From Nitrospinales bacterium (GTDB taxonomy: Bacteria > Nitrospinota > Nitrospinia > Nitrospinales > VA-1), in the NCBI GenBank assembly GCA_965223795.1, contig CBDCXL010000002.1, forward strand, positions 800,001 through 864,000: a DNA stretch of 64,000 nucleotides, given 5' to 3'. The number at the start of each line of letters is the position of its first letter. Positions within the stretch are counted from its first letter, which is position 1. Of this stretch, positions 29,647-40,712 are shown piece by piece. The notes below the pieces were generated by a model. That model saw nothing but the letters and a program-made list of their open reading frames with translations. It was not told where the DNA came from and did not search any database. The position numbers and the translations under genes were made by a program.

Positions 29647-30954
29647 TTAAAGATCCGCCGCGCAGCGAAAGCCCAACCCTTCGATGCGGTAGTCCACCCA
29701 GTAGCCTTTGCGATGCGCGGAACGCAGGTTGCTGGCGCGGTTTTCCCAGGAGCCGCCGCGCACGACTTTGTAGTTGCCGCCGCCGCGCTTCACATCTCCG
29801 GCGAGCTCGATGTTCGGGCCTTTCGGGTCCTGCTTGGGACTGACGAGATAGTATTTTTCCAACATCCAGTCGTTCACCCATTCGTTGACGTTGCCGGCCA
29901 TGTCGTGCAGTCCGAACGCGTTGGCCGGAAACGAACCCACCGGCGCGGTGGTGGGAAATCCATCGGACGCATTGGGATCGCGCACATTGAGTTTGCAGGT
30001 GCTGTCGCAGTAATTGGCTTTTGTGGCGTCGATGGTGTCGCCCCAGGGATACTCGGTGGTCGATCCGGCCCGCGCCGCGAACTCCCATTCGGCTTCGGTG
30101 GGCAGCCGTTTTTTCAACGCGCGGCAGTATTTCTCCGCTTCCAGCCAGGTGACGCTTTCCACCGGCAGGTCGGCGCCTTTGAAGCGTGAGGGGTTGGCGC
30201 CGATCTTCGCCTGAAACTGCCGTTGCGACACTTCGTGCTTGTCCAGCTTGAACGGCGACACGCACACTTCGTGCACGGGTTTCTCGTCGGGCTCGCCGTT
30301 TTCGCTGCCCATCATGAAACAGCCGCCTTGCAACTCCACCATTTCAACGGGCGCGCCGGATCCGGAGCCCGCGATCAGCTTCATCTTCACCTTGTCCTGC
30401 AAATCCGAAACTTCTTCGCGCACATACAGCGGCACGCCCTTGTAGCGGATCTGCGCGCGGTGCTTGGGCACCAGCTCCATCTTTCCCGCTTTGAAAAAGA
30501 ACAGCCGGTAATGCGGCACCGGTTCGGGAAGAACGGGCGTCAGGTAGTTGCGCATGTTGTTCTTGCCCTCTTCCTTGAGGATCACGGTTTCATCCACCAG
30601 TTCGGCTTCGAGCGGTTCGGTTTCCCCTTCCAGCGTCACGATGACTTTTTTCCCTTTCGCCACTTCCATGGCGAGGATCTTCGACAACAGCGCATCGGCT
30701 TCCTCGTAACGTTCCTGCGCCACATACACCTGAGCGAGGGAATGCATGACGCGGTAATTTCCCGGTTCCGCCGCCAGCACGTCCTTGTAGGCTTTTTCCG
30801 CCTGGTCGTACTTTTTCAGTGCCAGAGCCTTGTCCCCCTGGTCGATTTTTTCAACGGTGTTCGCCAGCGCCACGCCGGGCAGCATCCACAGACAGAGCAT
30901 CAGGATGAGGGCGGCGGTTGGGAAACGGTTGGCCGGAAAATGGGAAAAAAGCAT
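29647..30954 (-). CDS. secreted TPR + SUMF1/FGE-sulfatase domain protein
   Basis: Signal peptide, N-terminal TPR, FMMGS..PDEKPVH, RLPTEAEWEFAAR, GLHDMAGNVNEW, RGGSW, GFRCA. GAGGAG SD. Confidence 0.88.
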   Translation of the reverse strand: MLFSHFPANRFPTAALILMLCLWMLPGVALANTVEKIDQGDKALALKKYDQAEKAYKDVLAAEPGNYRVMHSLAQVYVAQERYEEADALLSKILAMEVAKGKKVIVTLEGETEPLEAELVDETVILKEEGKNNMRNYLTPVLPEPVPHYRLFFFKAGKMELVPKHRAQIRYKGVPLYVREEVSDLQDKVKMKLIAGSGSGAPVEMVELQGGCFMMGSENGEPDEKPVHEVCVSPFKLDKHEVSQRQFQAKIGANPSRFKGADLPVESVTWLEAEKYCRALKKRLPTEAEWEFAARAGSTTEYPWGDTIDATKANYCDSTCKLNVRDPNASDGFPTTAPVGSFPANAFGLHDMAGNVNEWVNDWMLEKYYLVSPKQDPKGPNIELAGDVKRGGGNYKVVRGGSWENRASNLRSAHRKGYWVDYRIEGLGFRCAADL

Positions 30955-31274
30955 CGTGCACTCGCTCCTCTTTTCTCGTGTTCGAAAAATTCGGTTGTCC
31001 TTTTCCGCATCGCAAACAGCGGAATCCTTAAACGGAGGCGTTGACCTGAATGCGCTCCGCTCGACATTATGACCGGGTGCGGACCTTCGCGGCAATCCGT
31101 TTCCAACAGGGCGGTCCGCACTTTTTGCGCCCGGCATCCGGCTCGCCGGGAACCGTTTTCGCCGAAGCGCTTAGGCTGTCAGGAAAAATTCAGCGTCAGT
31201 ATAGCATTGCACGGGGAGTATTGAGAATGGATTCGGGGTCTTTCCGATTGCAGATCAAACGGTTGGATTTTCAG

Positions 31275-31475
31275 CTATTTATCGTCCGGGCGGTTCTTGC
31301 GGGGCTCCGCTGCGGGGGGATCGTCTTCTTTTTCGTCCGATTTGGCTGCGGGCTTTTTTTCCGGGGCCGGGACGGTGTGTTTTTTCTTCAAGGCCTCCCA
31401 ATCCTCTCCTAAACCCAGGTCTTTCTTTTTTTTGATTTTATCCCGTTTCTGGAAATAGTCGATCTCGTCGATCAT
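31275..31475 (-). CDS. small charged hypothetical protein
   Basis: The ATG overlaps the upstream stop (ATGA), suggesting translational coupling. Confidence 0.5.
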   Translation of the reverse strand: MIDEIDYFQKRDKIKKKKDLGLGEDWEALKKKHTVPAPEKKPAAKSDEKEDDPPAAEPRKNRPDDK

Positions 31476-33699
31476 GGGTTGGCCTGTCCGGGTTCCGCCG
31501 CCTTGGGTTCGGTGGGCGCGGCGCCCTGCTTGCTGTAAAAATCGATCAGTTTTTCGATTCCCGGTCCCTGCACGCCCTGCCGGCGGGCGATCTCCAGGTG
31601 GGATTTTCCCTTATCGTGCTGCTCCAGCATAGTATACACCACTGCCAGGTTGGCGTGCCCGGGGCCGTAGCCGGGATCCAGGTTCACGGTGGTGTTGAGC
31701 AGTTTCGCCGCCTCGTCGAGCCGGTTCTGGCGCACGTACACCTGGGCCAGAACGTTGTAGGCGTTTTTGTTTTGCGGCCAGGACCGCAGCGCTTCCCGCA
31801 GTTTGGCTTCCGCTTCGTCGAGCTTGTGGCGCACGTAAAGGTTGCTGCCGAAATTGGTGAGGGCGATCGAGTGGCCGGGATGGAGTTTCAGGCCCTGCTC
31901 GTAAAAGGTGTTGGCCATGTGCAGCTTGCCCTGCATGTTGTAGGTGACGGCGATCTTGAAATACGGGTTCCAGTGATCGGGTATCAGGCGGGACGCTTCC
32001 TTGTAGGCGGTGCGGGCGTGCATGACCTGACCCTGTTTGAGCAGGGTATCGCCCTGCTTGAGGCGGTCGAGATAGGTTTTGCGGATCTCGATGTCCTTCT
32101 CACTTTTCACCGGCGCCGCCCACAGGATGAATCCGGCCAACAGAAGTGCAAACGAACTGGCCGCGGCGAGGCGGATTTTTGGACTTGCCGCCCATCGGAC
32201 CGGTTGTTCCGCACGCCGCAACACCCAGGCAACCCCCAGCAGCGACGCGAGCTGTAGCAGCGGAAACACGACCAGGAACAGCCCGTCGCGGAAGTTGAAA
32301 TCCTCCGCATTGGGCAGAAACAGCAGGCGGAAAAAATTGGTCGAGCGCAGCAGCAGCTCCGCCCTGTCCCACAACAACTGCGGGATGGCGGCGAGCGCCG
32401 TGAGCGAAAACTCGGGATGGTTGTACGGCAGAGTCACCTTGTACTGCGCGATCATGAAATACTGCGAGCCGGCAAGCAGCACCACGGCGGCCGTTGCGGC
32501 GCGGAAAGCCGGGCGGTGATGCGATATCCGCTTAAGCAGCAACGCCAGGCCGAGGGCGAACACCGGCAGCGCCGCGATGAGATGACGCTGGCCGTAGGAG
32601 GCGGCGTCTTCCGGATACAGCACGATGACCGTGACCAGCGCTGCCAGATAAACCAGCAGAGCGGGCCGGGCTCCATCCAGCGGCTTTTTACCGATGGCAA
32701 GGCCCAGCACGCCCAAGAGCGCCAGCGGCATGGAAAGCAGCAGCCCCCAGCGCGCGCCCCAGAGCAGGGAGGCGAACTTGCTGAAAAATTGCGCCGGTGA
32801 AAACGCGGACAGCCCCTCTCCCGCGAAATGCAGGTGCCTGGGCGGCAGCGGCATGCCGTTCAACTGGTACCAGCAGACGAGCTGCGGCAGCATCAACAGG
32901 AAAAACCCGCCTGTGAACAGCGCGAAGCGGGTGGCGGCGTTTCTCAGCCGCTCGGACAGAAACTCGCGCTCATCTCTTATCGTGTTGAAAAACAGATCCG
33001 CCGCTACCAGCGCGAAAAACACGACGTTGAGCACGCGCACGGTGCACAGAAACCCCAGCAGGCCGCCGAGAAAAAACGGACTGTTTGCGGATTTGCGGTG
33101 TTCAAGCCAGGCGAACACGAATGCGGCGGCGGCGAAAAATTCCACGCTGTGGGCCATGCGCTGGCGGATGAAGGTGAAGTACAGTAGCGGCGAGCCGATC
33201 CACAGGGCCAGCGTCGCGAGGGTGGCGGTGCGCGGCCCGGTGATGTTCTGTATCATGCGGTGCACCAGCAACAATCCGGCAAAAGCCCAGGTGGCGGAAG
33301 CGATGGCGGTGGACAGGTAATACGGGGCGCTGTAGCCGTCCGCCGGGACCTGGTATCCCAGTGCGCCGTACAGCAGGGCCAGCGCGTGGCCGATGAGGAA
33401 AAACGGGAAAAACAGAATCGCCTGCCCGATCTGCCAGTTGTTGAAGGTGTAGCCTGTGGGCGTCAGGCGCTCGGCGTGGACGTAGTGATCTCGTTTAAGA
33501 AATCCAGGTCGCCGTCAAAAAAAGCGGAACGCAGGTAGGCGTAGTAGCCGGAATCGTCGCCGCCGTCGATGCGGGTGACCGAATAGTAGCCGGTGTCGGC
33601 GTCGGGCGGAACCCAGGGGTTGAACACGCCAAGCGGCGTGAGCAGCAGGAACAGGAAGTAAAAAACACCGCCGTAGATGAGAAGGTCTTTTTTGGGCAT
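31472..33699 (-). pseudogene. GT-C-like multi-TM glycosyltransferase with C-terminal TPRs, interrupted by a single -1 frameshift near 33490
   Basis: ORF 33463..33699 (DGGDDSGYYAYLRSAFFDGDLDFLNE) continues after a 1-nt shift as DHYVHAERLTPTGYTFNNWQIGQAILFFPF... without stops into ORF 31472..33274. Confidence 0.8.
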
Positions 33700-33836
33700 A
33701 CGATCGATCGCGGTCGCGGGATGAAGCGGGGAATCCGCCGCAGGGCCTGGTGTTCAGCGGGCCGCCGTTCGCGAAGAAGGATCCGGGCTTGCATTTCAAC
33801 CCCGCCGCACGGCGTGCGCGCCGGCACGAAGGCGGA

Positions 33837-34958
33837 TCAGACGACGAGCCCTTTCTCCACCAGCTGCTGATGCGCGTCCTCCACCTGGGACACGGTTTCC
33901 TGGCCGTCGCCCCAGGCGATCAGCTCTTTGAGCCCCTGATCCAGATCGATCTGGGGCGCAAACCCCAGTTTCTGGATGCGCGAGGTGTCCGCGTAGCAGT
34001 GGCGGATGTCGCCGTTTCTGAACTTGCGGATCACGTTGGGCTTGAAGGACTTGTTGCGCAGCTTGATGAGGGTCTCGGCGATCTGCAGAATCGACGAGGG
34101 CTTGCCGGTGCCGATGTTGAAGATGCCGTAGTCCGCATCAGCGGAATCGAGCAGGATGAGCTTCGCCCGCACCAGATCCCTGACGTTGATCATGTCGCGC
34201 ATCTGCAGCCCGTCTTCATAGATCATCGGCGCCTTGTCGTTGAGCACGCAGGAGCAGAAGATGGCCGCCGCGCCGGTGTACGGGTTGTTGAGCGACTGGC
34301 GCGGGCCGTAGCAGTTGAAGTAGCGCGCCGCCACGGTGGGGATCTTGTAGGCCTTGCCGATCATCAGCGAATAGACCTCCTGATCCTTTTTGCTCTGCGC
34401 GTACACCGAGGTGGTGTCGAGTTCCTTTTCCTCGTCCGTCGGCACGGGCTCGGCGGGATTCCGGCATTCGGGGCACAGCATTTCCCAGATCCCGTCCTTC
34501 ATCTGCTGCTCGGGCCGGCATTTCGGGGAAAACACGCCGTGGTCCGCGCAGCGGTATTTGCCCTCGCCGTACAGGCTCATGGAACTGGCCACCAGCACCT
34601 TCTGGATGGAGGTGCGGTCGTTGACCAGAATGTCCCACAGGATGCCGGTGCCCTGCACGTTGGCGGAAATGTACTGGTCGATGGAATACATGGACTGGCC
34701 CACGCCGACTTCGGCGGCGTCGTGGATGATGACGTCCATGCCGTCCATGGCCTGCTTCAAACAATCGCGGTCGCGCACATCGCCTTTGATGAACTCCGCG
34801 TCCGCATGCAGGTACGGCGGCCGCTGCGCGTTTTTCCCGTGCACCTGCTCGGTCAGGTTGTCGTAAACTCGAACCGTGTCGCCGCGCTCGATCAGCGCGT
34901 CGACCGTGTGAGAACCGATGAACCCGGCTCCGCCTGTGACCAATACTTTTTTACCCAT
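33837..34958 (-). CDS. NAD-dependent epimerase/dehydratase (extended SDR)
   Basis: [37 protein letters not shown]. An alternative ATG at 34979 arises from a duplication. Confidence 0.92.
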   Translation of the reverse strand: MGKKVLVTGGAGFIGSHTVDALIERGDTVRVYDNLTEQVHGKNAQRPPYLHADAEFIKGDVRDRDCLKQAMDGMDVIIHDAAEVGVGQSMYSIDQYISANVQGTGILWDILVNDRTSIQKVLVASSMSLYGEGKYRCADHGVFSPKCRPEQQMKDGIWEMLCPECRNPAEPVPTDEEKELDTTSVYAQSKKDQEVYSLMIGKAYKIPTVAARYFNCYGPRQSLNNPYTGAAAIFCSCVLNDKAPMIYEDGLQMRDMINVRDLVRAKLILLDSADADYGIFNIGTGKPSSILQIAETLIKLRNKSFKPNVIRKFRNGDIRHCYADTSRIQKLGFAPQIDLDQGLKELIAWGDGQETVSQVEDAHQQLVEKGLVV

Positions 34959-34991
34959 AGTTGCGTCCCGTTTACCCATAGTTGCGTCCCG
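34950..34991. repeat. perfect 21-bp tandem duplication spanning the start codon
   Basis: TTTACCCATAGTTGCGTCCCG at 34950-34970 and 34971-34991. Confidence 0.95.
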
Positions 34992-35473
34992 ACTCCGATT
35001 GCGTTTTTGGATGGATTGCTGGAATCAATAAACCACGATATGACGGGGTTTCGCGCCACGAACCCCCCTGCGGCCGCAAAACAACGGCGATTCCGCTGCG
35101 TCCCGGCAACTTCAAGCCTCATTGGAAGTTATCACAGATGTTCCCGCACAGGCACAGAAAAAATGTCCGCTCCGGCACAGTGCATCAAAAGACTTGAAAA
35201 ACGGAACCTTTCACTTTGTCCGGGCGCAGGGACAGGCGCTAAAGTGCAGGGATTTCAGTTTCCCTTCCCGGCGCCGGAGCGTCTTTAATGGGCGTGCCGC
35301 GAACCGGTCCTCTCCCCCGATTTGGATAGTTGTGGAAAAATGCGGGCGGGTGCAGTATGCTTTTTTGCGAAAAAAGGCGTTCCCGACCGCCGCGATTCTC
35401 ATTCCGCGGCCTCGAATCCAACCTGCCACCGTCTTTTTCCCGGCGACCTCTCATTCCGGGTCCTTTTCTTTAC

Positions 35474-36328
35474 ATGGAGCTTTCCTTCATCACGGTCAAC
35501 CATTACAGCAGCGGCGTTCTGCCCGTGTGCCTGGATTCGATCTATAAAACGCTGCCGGAGGGCCGTTTCGAAATCATCGTGGTGGACAACAGCAGCGACG
35601 ATCCGGGCATGCGCGAGCTCACACAACGCTATCCGGATCTCTCCGTGCTGAGCAATCCGGAAAACCGCGGCTTCGCCAAGGCCAACAATCAGGGCGCGGC
35701 GGCGGCAAAAGGCCGGTGGCTGGTGTTCCTCAACCCGGATACGGAACTGACGGAAAACGCCATCGCCGGCATGCAGGCGCACCTTGAAGCGCACCCGAAA
35801 GTCGGGGTGATCGCCCCCAAGGTGCTGAACCTGGACGGCAGCCTGCAGTACTCCTGCAGGCGTTTCCCCACGCTGTGGACGGGCCTGTTCAACCGCTACT
35901 CGATGCTGTCGCGCCTGTTCCCCTCAAACCGGTTCACGCGCCGCTACCTGATGACCGATTTCGACCACAACGCCGTGCGCGAAGTGGACTGGGTGTCGGG
36001 CTGCTTCATGATGATGCGCCGGGACGCGTTCGAACGCATCGGCGGCTTCGACGAGTCGTATTTTCTTTTCAACGAGGATGTCGACCTGTGCCGGGCCATG
36101 CAAAGCCGGGGTTACTCGGTGGTCTACTTCCCGCAGGCCACGGTGTACCACGAGATCGGCTCGAGCTACCGGCGCGTCCCGCCGAGACTCATCATCGAAC
36201 GCCACCGCGGCATGAAGCATTATTTCAAGAAACACCACGCGGCCGCGGGCAGGGTGACGCGCGGGCTGGTCGACTCTTTCATCGATGTGCGCTGCCTGTC
36301 GCAGCTTTTCTTCAATCTGTTTCGATGA
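35474..36328 (+). CDS. GT2 family glycosyltransferase (WbbL-like rhamnosyltransferase type)
   Basis: IIVVDNSSDD, NRGFAKANN, FLNPDT, VDWVSGC, FNEDVDLC. Confidence 0.9.
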   Translation: MELSFITVNHYSSGVLPVCLDSIYKTLPEGRFEIIVVDNSSDDPGMRELTQRYPDLSVLSNPENRGFAKANNQGAAAAKGRWLVFLNPDTELTENAIAGMQAHLEAHPKVGVIAPKVLNLDGSLQYSCRRFPTLWTGLFNRYSMLSRLFPSNRFTRRYLMTDFDHNAVREVDWVSGCFMMMRRDAFERIGGFDESYFLFNEDVDLCRAMQSRGYSVVYFPQATVYHEIGSSYRRVPPRLIIERHRGMKHYFKKHHAAAGRVTRGLVDSFIDVRCLSQLFFNLFR

Positions 36329-37407
36329 TGTTCGCGAGCCAGCCGATCTCCGGCAAGACCTACCTTGCGGGCTACACGCTGGCGTTTCTGCTTTCCTTTG
36401 GCTTCACGTTTTTTCTGGTGCGTGCGGTCAGCCGTTCCAATCGCCTCACCCGCTTTCTCAACCGGCTGCCGATTTCAGCGGGCAAGAACGTGAGCCCGTT
36501 CGGCGGCATCCCGGTGGTGTTTTCATTCCTCATCACATTGTGGGGGTTTTACGTTTTCGGCCTGCTGGCCGAAGCGCAGCGCAGCCTGCTGACGGTGCTG
36601 ACTCTGGGCACGGTGCTGATGTTCGGGCTCGGCCTTTATGACGATGTGTACCGCTGCAGCCCGCGCACGAAGCTTCTCGTGCAGGCGGTCATCGCCGTCA
36701 TTTTGTACTTCGCGGGATTTCAGATCGAGCGCATCGGCGACTGGATCGAACTGGGACCGTTCTCGATCCTGCTGACCATCCTGTGGATCGTCGGCATCAC
36801 CAATTCGCTGAACCTGATCGACGGCATGGACGGGCTGGCGAGCGGCGTGGTGTTTTTCTCCTGCCTGACCCTGGTTTTCGTCTACCTGGAGCGCCACATC
36901 CCGGAGGCGGCGTTTCTCGCCGTGGCGCTGGCGGGCAGCGTGCTGGGATTTTTTCTGTTCAATTTTCCGCCGGCCCGCATCATCCTCGGCGATACCGGCA
37001 GCCTGCCGCTGGGGCTGCTGGTCTCGCTCATCACGCTGCTGCCGCTCAATCAGGGGCACACGGACGAAATCTATTACCTCATCCCGGTGATCACGCTGCT
37101 CATCCCGATCCTCGACACGGCGTTCGCCGTGGCGCGCCGGATTCTCAAAGGGGTGAGCCCGTTCTCGGCGGACGCCGAGCACCTGCACCACCGGCTCGGC
37201 AGGCTGGGGCTGTCTTCCGCGAAAACCATCTGCCTGCTGTTCGCGATCGGGTTCTACTTCGATCTGTCGGCGATGGTCCCGGTGTACCGGATCAACCTCA
37301 TCCCGCACTTCATCCCGATCTATTTCGTGTTCATCCTGATGAACGTCGCGGGCCTCATCGGCCTGCTGAGGCATTGCGAAAAAAAACGCCGTGACGCCAC
37401 CTCCTGA
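36325..37407 (+). CDS. MraY/WecA-family undecaprenyl-phosphate HexNAc-1-P transferase
   Basis: GLYDD, NSLNLIDGMDGL, FNFPPARIILGDTGS, HLHHRL. Confidence 0.92.
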   Translation: MMFASQPISGKTYLAGYTLAFLLSFGFTFFLVRAVSRSNRLTRFLNRLPISAGKNVSPFGGIPVVFSFLITLWGFYVFGLLAEAQRSLLTVLTLGTVLMFGLGLYDDVYRCSPRTKLLVQAVIAVILYFAGFQIERIGDWIELGPFSILLTILWIVGITNSLNLIDGMDGLASGVVFFSCLTLVFVYLERHIPEAAFLAVALAGSVLGFFLFNFPPARIILGDTGSLPLGLLVSLITLLPLNQGHTDEIYYLIPVITLLIPILDTAFAVARRILKGVSPFSADAEHLHHRLGRLGLSSAKTICLLFAIGFYFDLSAMVPVYRINLIPHFIPIYFVFILMNVAGLIGLLRHCEKKRRDATS

Positions 37408-39481
37408 AAAACCCATCCCGCTGCTGCGGGTGCTCGCCGTTCCCGCCTGCATCCTCGCGGCCGTCGCGCTGATCTACGGCAACAGCCTTGACGCGCCGTT
37501 CAATTACGACGACGAAGCGACGATCAAAAACGACATCGTGTTCGGCGGCGACCGGTTTTTCGACTGGCATCCCCTGCACTACCGGCACCTGTTTTTTCTG
37601 ACGCTGGCGGCAAACCACGCTCTTAGCGGTCTGGACCCGTTCGGCTACCATGTGTTCAACGTCGTGGTGCATGCTTTCAGCGCCGTGCTGCTGCTGGCGA
37701 TCGCGTTTTTCACCCTCGAACGGGGCCTTGCGTGGGAGCGGCGGCCGGCTTTCACCGTCGCCGCGCTGACGGCGCTGATCTTCGCGCTGCATCCCGTCCA
37801 CACCGAAGCGGTGACCTATATTTCCGGACGCGCCAGCAGCCTGTCCGGGTTTTTCTTTCTGCTGTCGCTGCTCTGTTTCATCGCCGGCAGTGTGAAAGAA
37901 GCCGGCGCGTGGCGGCGTTTCGGTCTTTACGCGCTGTCGCTTGCGGGCTTTTTGGCGGCGCTGCTGAGCAAGGAGACCAGCGCCGTGCTGCCCCTCGTGC
38001 TGTGTCTGTACGATGTCTGCTTCCTGCGCGGCGAGCGATTCAAACCGTTCAGGCAGCGGCTGCATTGCTTCTACCTTCCGGTTCTGCTGGCCGGGGCGGC
38101 GGCGTTTGTGCTGTCGCCGGAGCTCCTGGCGCAGCTTGGTCAGTGGCTGCCGCGGATCGACCTGTCCTACGCCGGGATGCAGACGGTGGTGGTGGCGTAC
38201 GCGTTCAAACTTTTCTTCTGGCCGGTCAATCTGAGTTTCGATCACGACTTCACGCCGGGATTTTTTTCCGCGGGCGCTTTTTTTATGACCGGCGCGGCGG
38301 CGCTTCTCCTGGCAATGCACGCGGGCTTGACAGAACGGCCGCGGGCGCGCCGCCTCATTCTCTTTTGCCTGCTCTGGTTTATCATCACGCTCGCGCCCAC
38401 CAACAGCCTGCTGCCGCGGCCGGATCTTCTGAGCGAACGCAACCTCTACCTGCCGGCCGCGGGCCTGAGCCTGCTGCTGGCGGTGTGGCTGCACGGGTTG
38501 TTTTTCACGCGGCGCGGCGCGGCACCGGGGTTCCGGCGTGCGGCCGGAACCGTCTGTGTGGCGGTGCTGCTCGTCTCGTTCACCGCGCTGCTGGTTCACA
38601 GAAACGGCGTGTACGCCTCCAATGTGACGCTGTGGGAGGACACGCTGAAAAAATCGCCCGGCAAGCCGCGCGCGCTGCACAACCTCAGCCATTTTTACCT
38701 GCGCGACAAACGCTACGATGAGGCTCTGGTGACGCTTGAACGGCTGGCGGCGTCGAACGCGTCGCCGTTTTACCGTTCGTTCGCGCACAACAACCTGGGC
38801 AGCCTGCACACGCACTTCGGCAATCCCGCCCAGGCGGAAAAGGAGTTCCAGGCGGCGATCGCCAGCGATCCCACGATCCCGACCGGGTATTTCAATCTGG
38901 CCTCGCTGTACGCCTCGCGTGAGCGGTATGCGGAAGCGCGCACTCAATATGCGCTGGCGGAGGAGCGCTACACAATGTACCGCTGGGGCTATCCCAAGCC
39001 GGCGGAACTGGCGGTCAACCGCGCCAAAGTGAACCTGAAACTGGGGCTTTTGCAGGAGGCGGAAACCATCCTCAATGGCCTGCTGAAAACCGTTCCCGAC
39101 TCCGGCGACGGCCTGATGCTGCTGGGCGATCTCCTCCAGGCCACGGGCCGCCGGGATGCGGCGATCCGGACGTACCAGAAAATTGCGCGCCCCCCTGAAA
39201 CCAAAAGCCGGGCGCGCAACAACCTGGGAATCCTGTGGATCGAACAGGGCGAGACAGAACGCGCGCTCGCGGCATTTAAAGAGGCGGCCGCTCTCGACCC
39301 GAAGCTGGCGGACGCGCATTTCAATCTCGGCACGCTGCTGATGCAGACGGAGGGGGATCTTAAAAAAGCACGGACGCACCTTGAAACGGCGCTCACGCTG
39401 ATCCGCGATCCCCAAAAGCACAACGCCGTGCGGATGCAGCTCAAAAAACTCGGCGCAAACGCTCCGGGCGGAGAAAGATAA
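37391..39481 (+). CDS. TMTC-like GT-C membrane protein with C-terminal TPRs
   Basis: YGNSLDAPFNYDD, GYHVFNVVVH, HPVHTEAVTYISGR, LSKE, SERNLYLP, LWEDTLKKSP, followed by TPR repeats. Confidence 0.88.
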   Translation: MTPPPEKPIPLLRVLAVPACILAAVALIYGNSLDAPFNYDDEATIKNDIVFGGDRFFDWHPLHYRHLFFLTLAANHALSGLDPFGYHVFNVVVHAFSAVLLLAIAFFTLERGLAWERRPAFTVAALTALIFALHPVHTEAVTYISGRASSLSGFFFLLSLLCFIAGSVKEAGAWRRFGLYALSLAGFLAALLSKETSAVLPLVLCLYDVCFLRGERFKPFRQRLHCFYLPVLLAGAAAFVLSPELLAQLGQWLPRIDLSYAGMQTVVVAYAFKLFFWPVNLSFDHDFTPGFFSAGAFFMTGAAALLLAMHAGLTERPRARRLILFCLLWFIITLAPTNSLLPRPDLLSERNLYLPAAGLSLLLAVWLHGLFFTRRGAAPGFRRAAGTVCVAVLLVSFTALLVHRNGVYASNVTLWEDTLKKSPGKPRALHNLSHFYLRDKRYDEALVTLERLAASNASPFYRSFAHNNLGSLHTHFGNPAQAEKEFQAAIASDPTIPTGYFNLASLYASRERYAEARTQYALAEERYTMYRWGYPKPAELAVNRAKVNLKLGLLQEAETILNGLLKTVPDSGDGLMLLGDLLQATGRRDAAIRTYQKIARPPETKSRARNNLGILWIEQGETERALAAFKEAAALDPKLADAHFNLGTLLMQTEGDLKKARTHLETALTLIRDPQKHNAVRMQLKKLGANAPGGER

Positions 39482-39484
39482 ACG

Positions 39485-40474
39485 TCAGAGGCTGCGCTTG
39501 CGCTTTGAATACGGCAACCATACGCCCTTGAGCATCGCCTGCCGGATCGCGCGCACCGGGACCCGCCGCCGCGCCTGGATGGTTTTGCGTTTTTCCCACA
39601 TCGCCGGGCAGCCTTTGAGCGCATCCCATTTGGCTTTGAACACCGATTTGCCTTTTTTGCGCCACGAGAACCAGAGCAGCGCCGCCGCGTTGGCCAGCAG
39701 GTGCTGCGGCAGGTACACCCATATCAACGGCTCTGGCATGTTTTTCACGTAGGTCCAGACCAGATTGCGGCTGCCGTGGTAGACCGCGTAATCGCTATAG
39801 CGGTGGGTGGAGCCGGAACCCACGTGCTGCACGCGCGCTTCGGCCACATACAGGCTGCGGTGGCCCAGAAGCCGCAGGCGAAACGCGAGATCCACGTCTT
39901 CGAAATAGGAATGGTGGCTTTCGTCGAAGCCGCCCGCGCAGAGGAACAGGTCGCGCCGGATCAGCGCCGCCGCGGCGCAGGGGGCGAACACCTCGCCGGT
40001 GGTCCTTCGCGTCCGGCACGCGGCCTCGCCGTGATCGCGGCGCCAGGCGAGGCCGCTGACGTGGTAGCAATCGCCGGTGCCGTCCAGCAGCGCATCCGAT
40101 CCCCAGCGGATCATGTGGCTGCCGAAAAAGGAGAATTTGTTTTCGCGCCGCGCGCACGCGTGCAGGTTCTCAAGCCAGGCGGAATCGGCGAACGCATCGG
40201 GGTTGAGAAACGCGATCCACTCGCAGTCCGCGCACACGCGCACGGCGAGGTTGTTGGCGGCGGCGAAGCCGGTGTTCGCGCCCAGGCACACAAGATCGCA
40301 GAGCGGGAAATGCTTCTCGACGGCATCGAGTGATGCGTCGCTGCTGGCGTTGTCGATGACGAGGATTTTCTGCGGACGCACGGTCTGCGCGGCGAGGGCC
40401 GCCAGGCAGCGTTCCAGATCCTCGCCGGAATTCCAGTTGACGATGACCACCGCAACCGGAACGCCCGGCCTCAT
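39485..40474 (-). CDS. GT2 family glycosyltransferase
   Basis: VIVNWN, IDNASSD, NTGFAAANN, FLNPDA, YFEDVDL. Confidence 0.9.
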   Translation of the reverse strand: MRPGVPVAVVIVNWNSGEDLERCLAALAAQTVRPQKILVIDNASSDASLDAVEKHFPLCDLVCLGANTGFAAANNLAVRVCADCEWIAFLNPDAFADSAWLENLHACARRENKFSFFGSHMIRWGSDALLDGTGDCYHVSGLAWRRDHGEAACRTRRTTGEVFAPCAAAALIRRDLFLCAGGFDESHHSYFEDVDLAFRLRLLGHRSLYVAEARVQHVGSGSTHRYSDYAVYHGSRNLVWTYVKNMPEPLIWVYLPQHLLANAAALLWFSWRKKGKSVFKAKWDALKGCPAMWEKRKTIQARRRVPVRAIRQAMLKGVWLPYSKRKRSL

Positions 40475-40712
40475 GGCCGCACCCGGACTTGCAAAGCACC
40501 GGGCGAGGGCCTATACTCGGCCTTGCGGACGCGGGCGTTCCAAGAACCTCCTCCCCTCCTTCCCGCAGGCATGATCGTTTCGGGTTGGCCGCGCGGCCTT
40601 CGCTGTTCCGGCTGCATCTGATTCTGAAATCCTGAAAACGTTTTCAATGTGGAAGCGGCGCCGGGCCCGCCGCGTGATTACAGGTTGTCCGGCAGCTTCT
40701 GATTTCATCACG

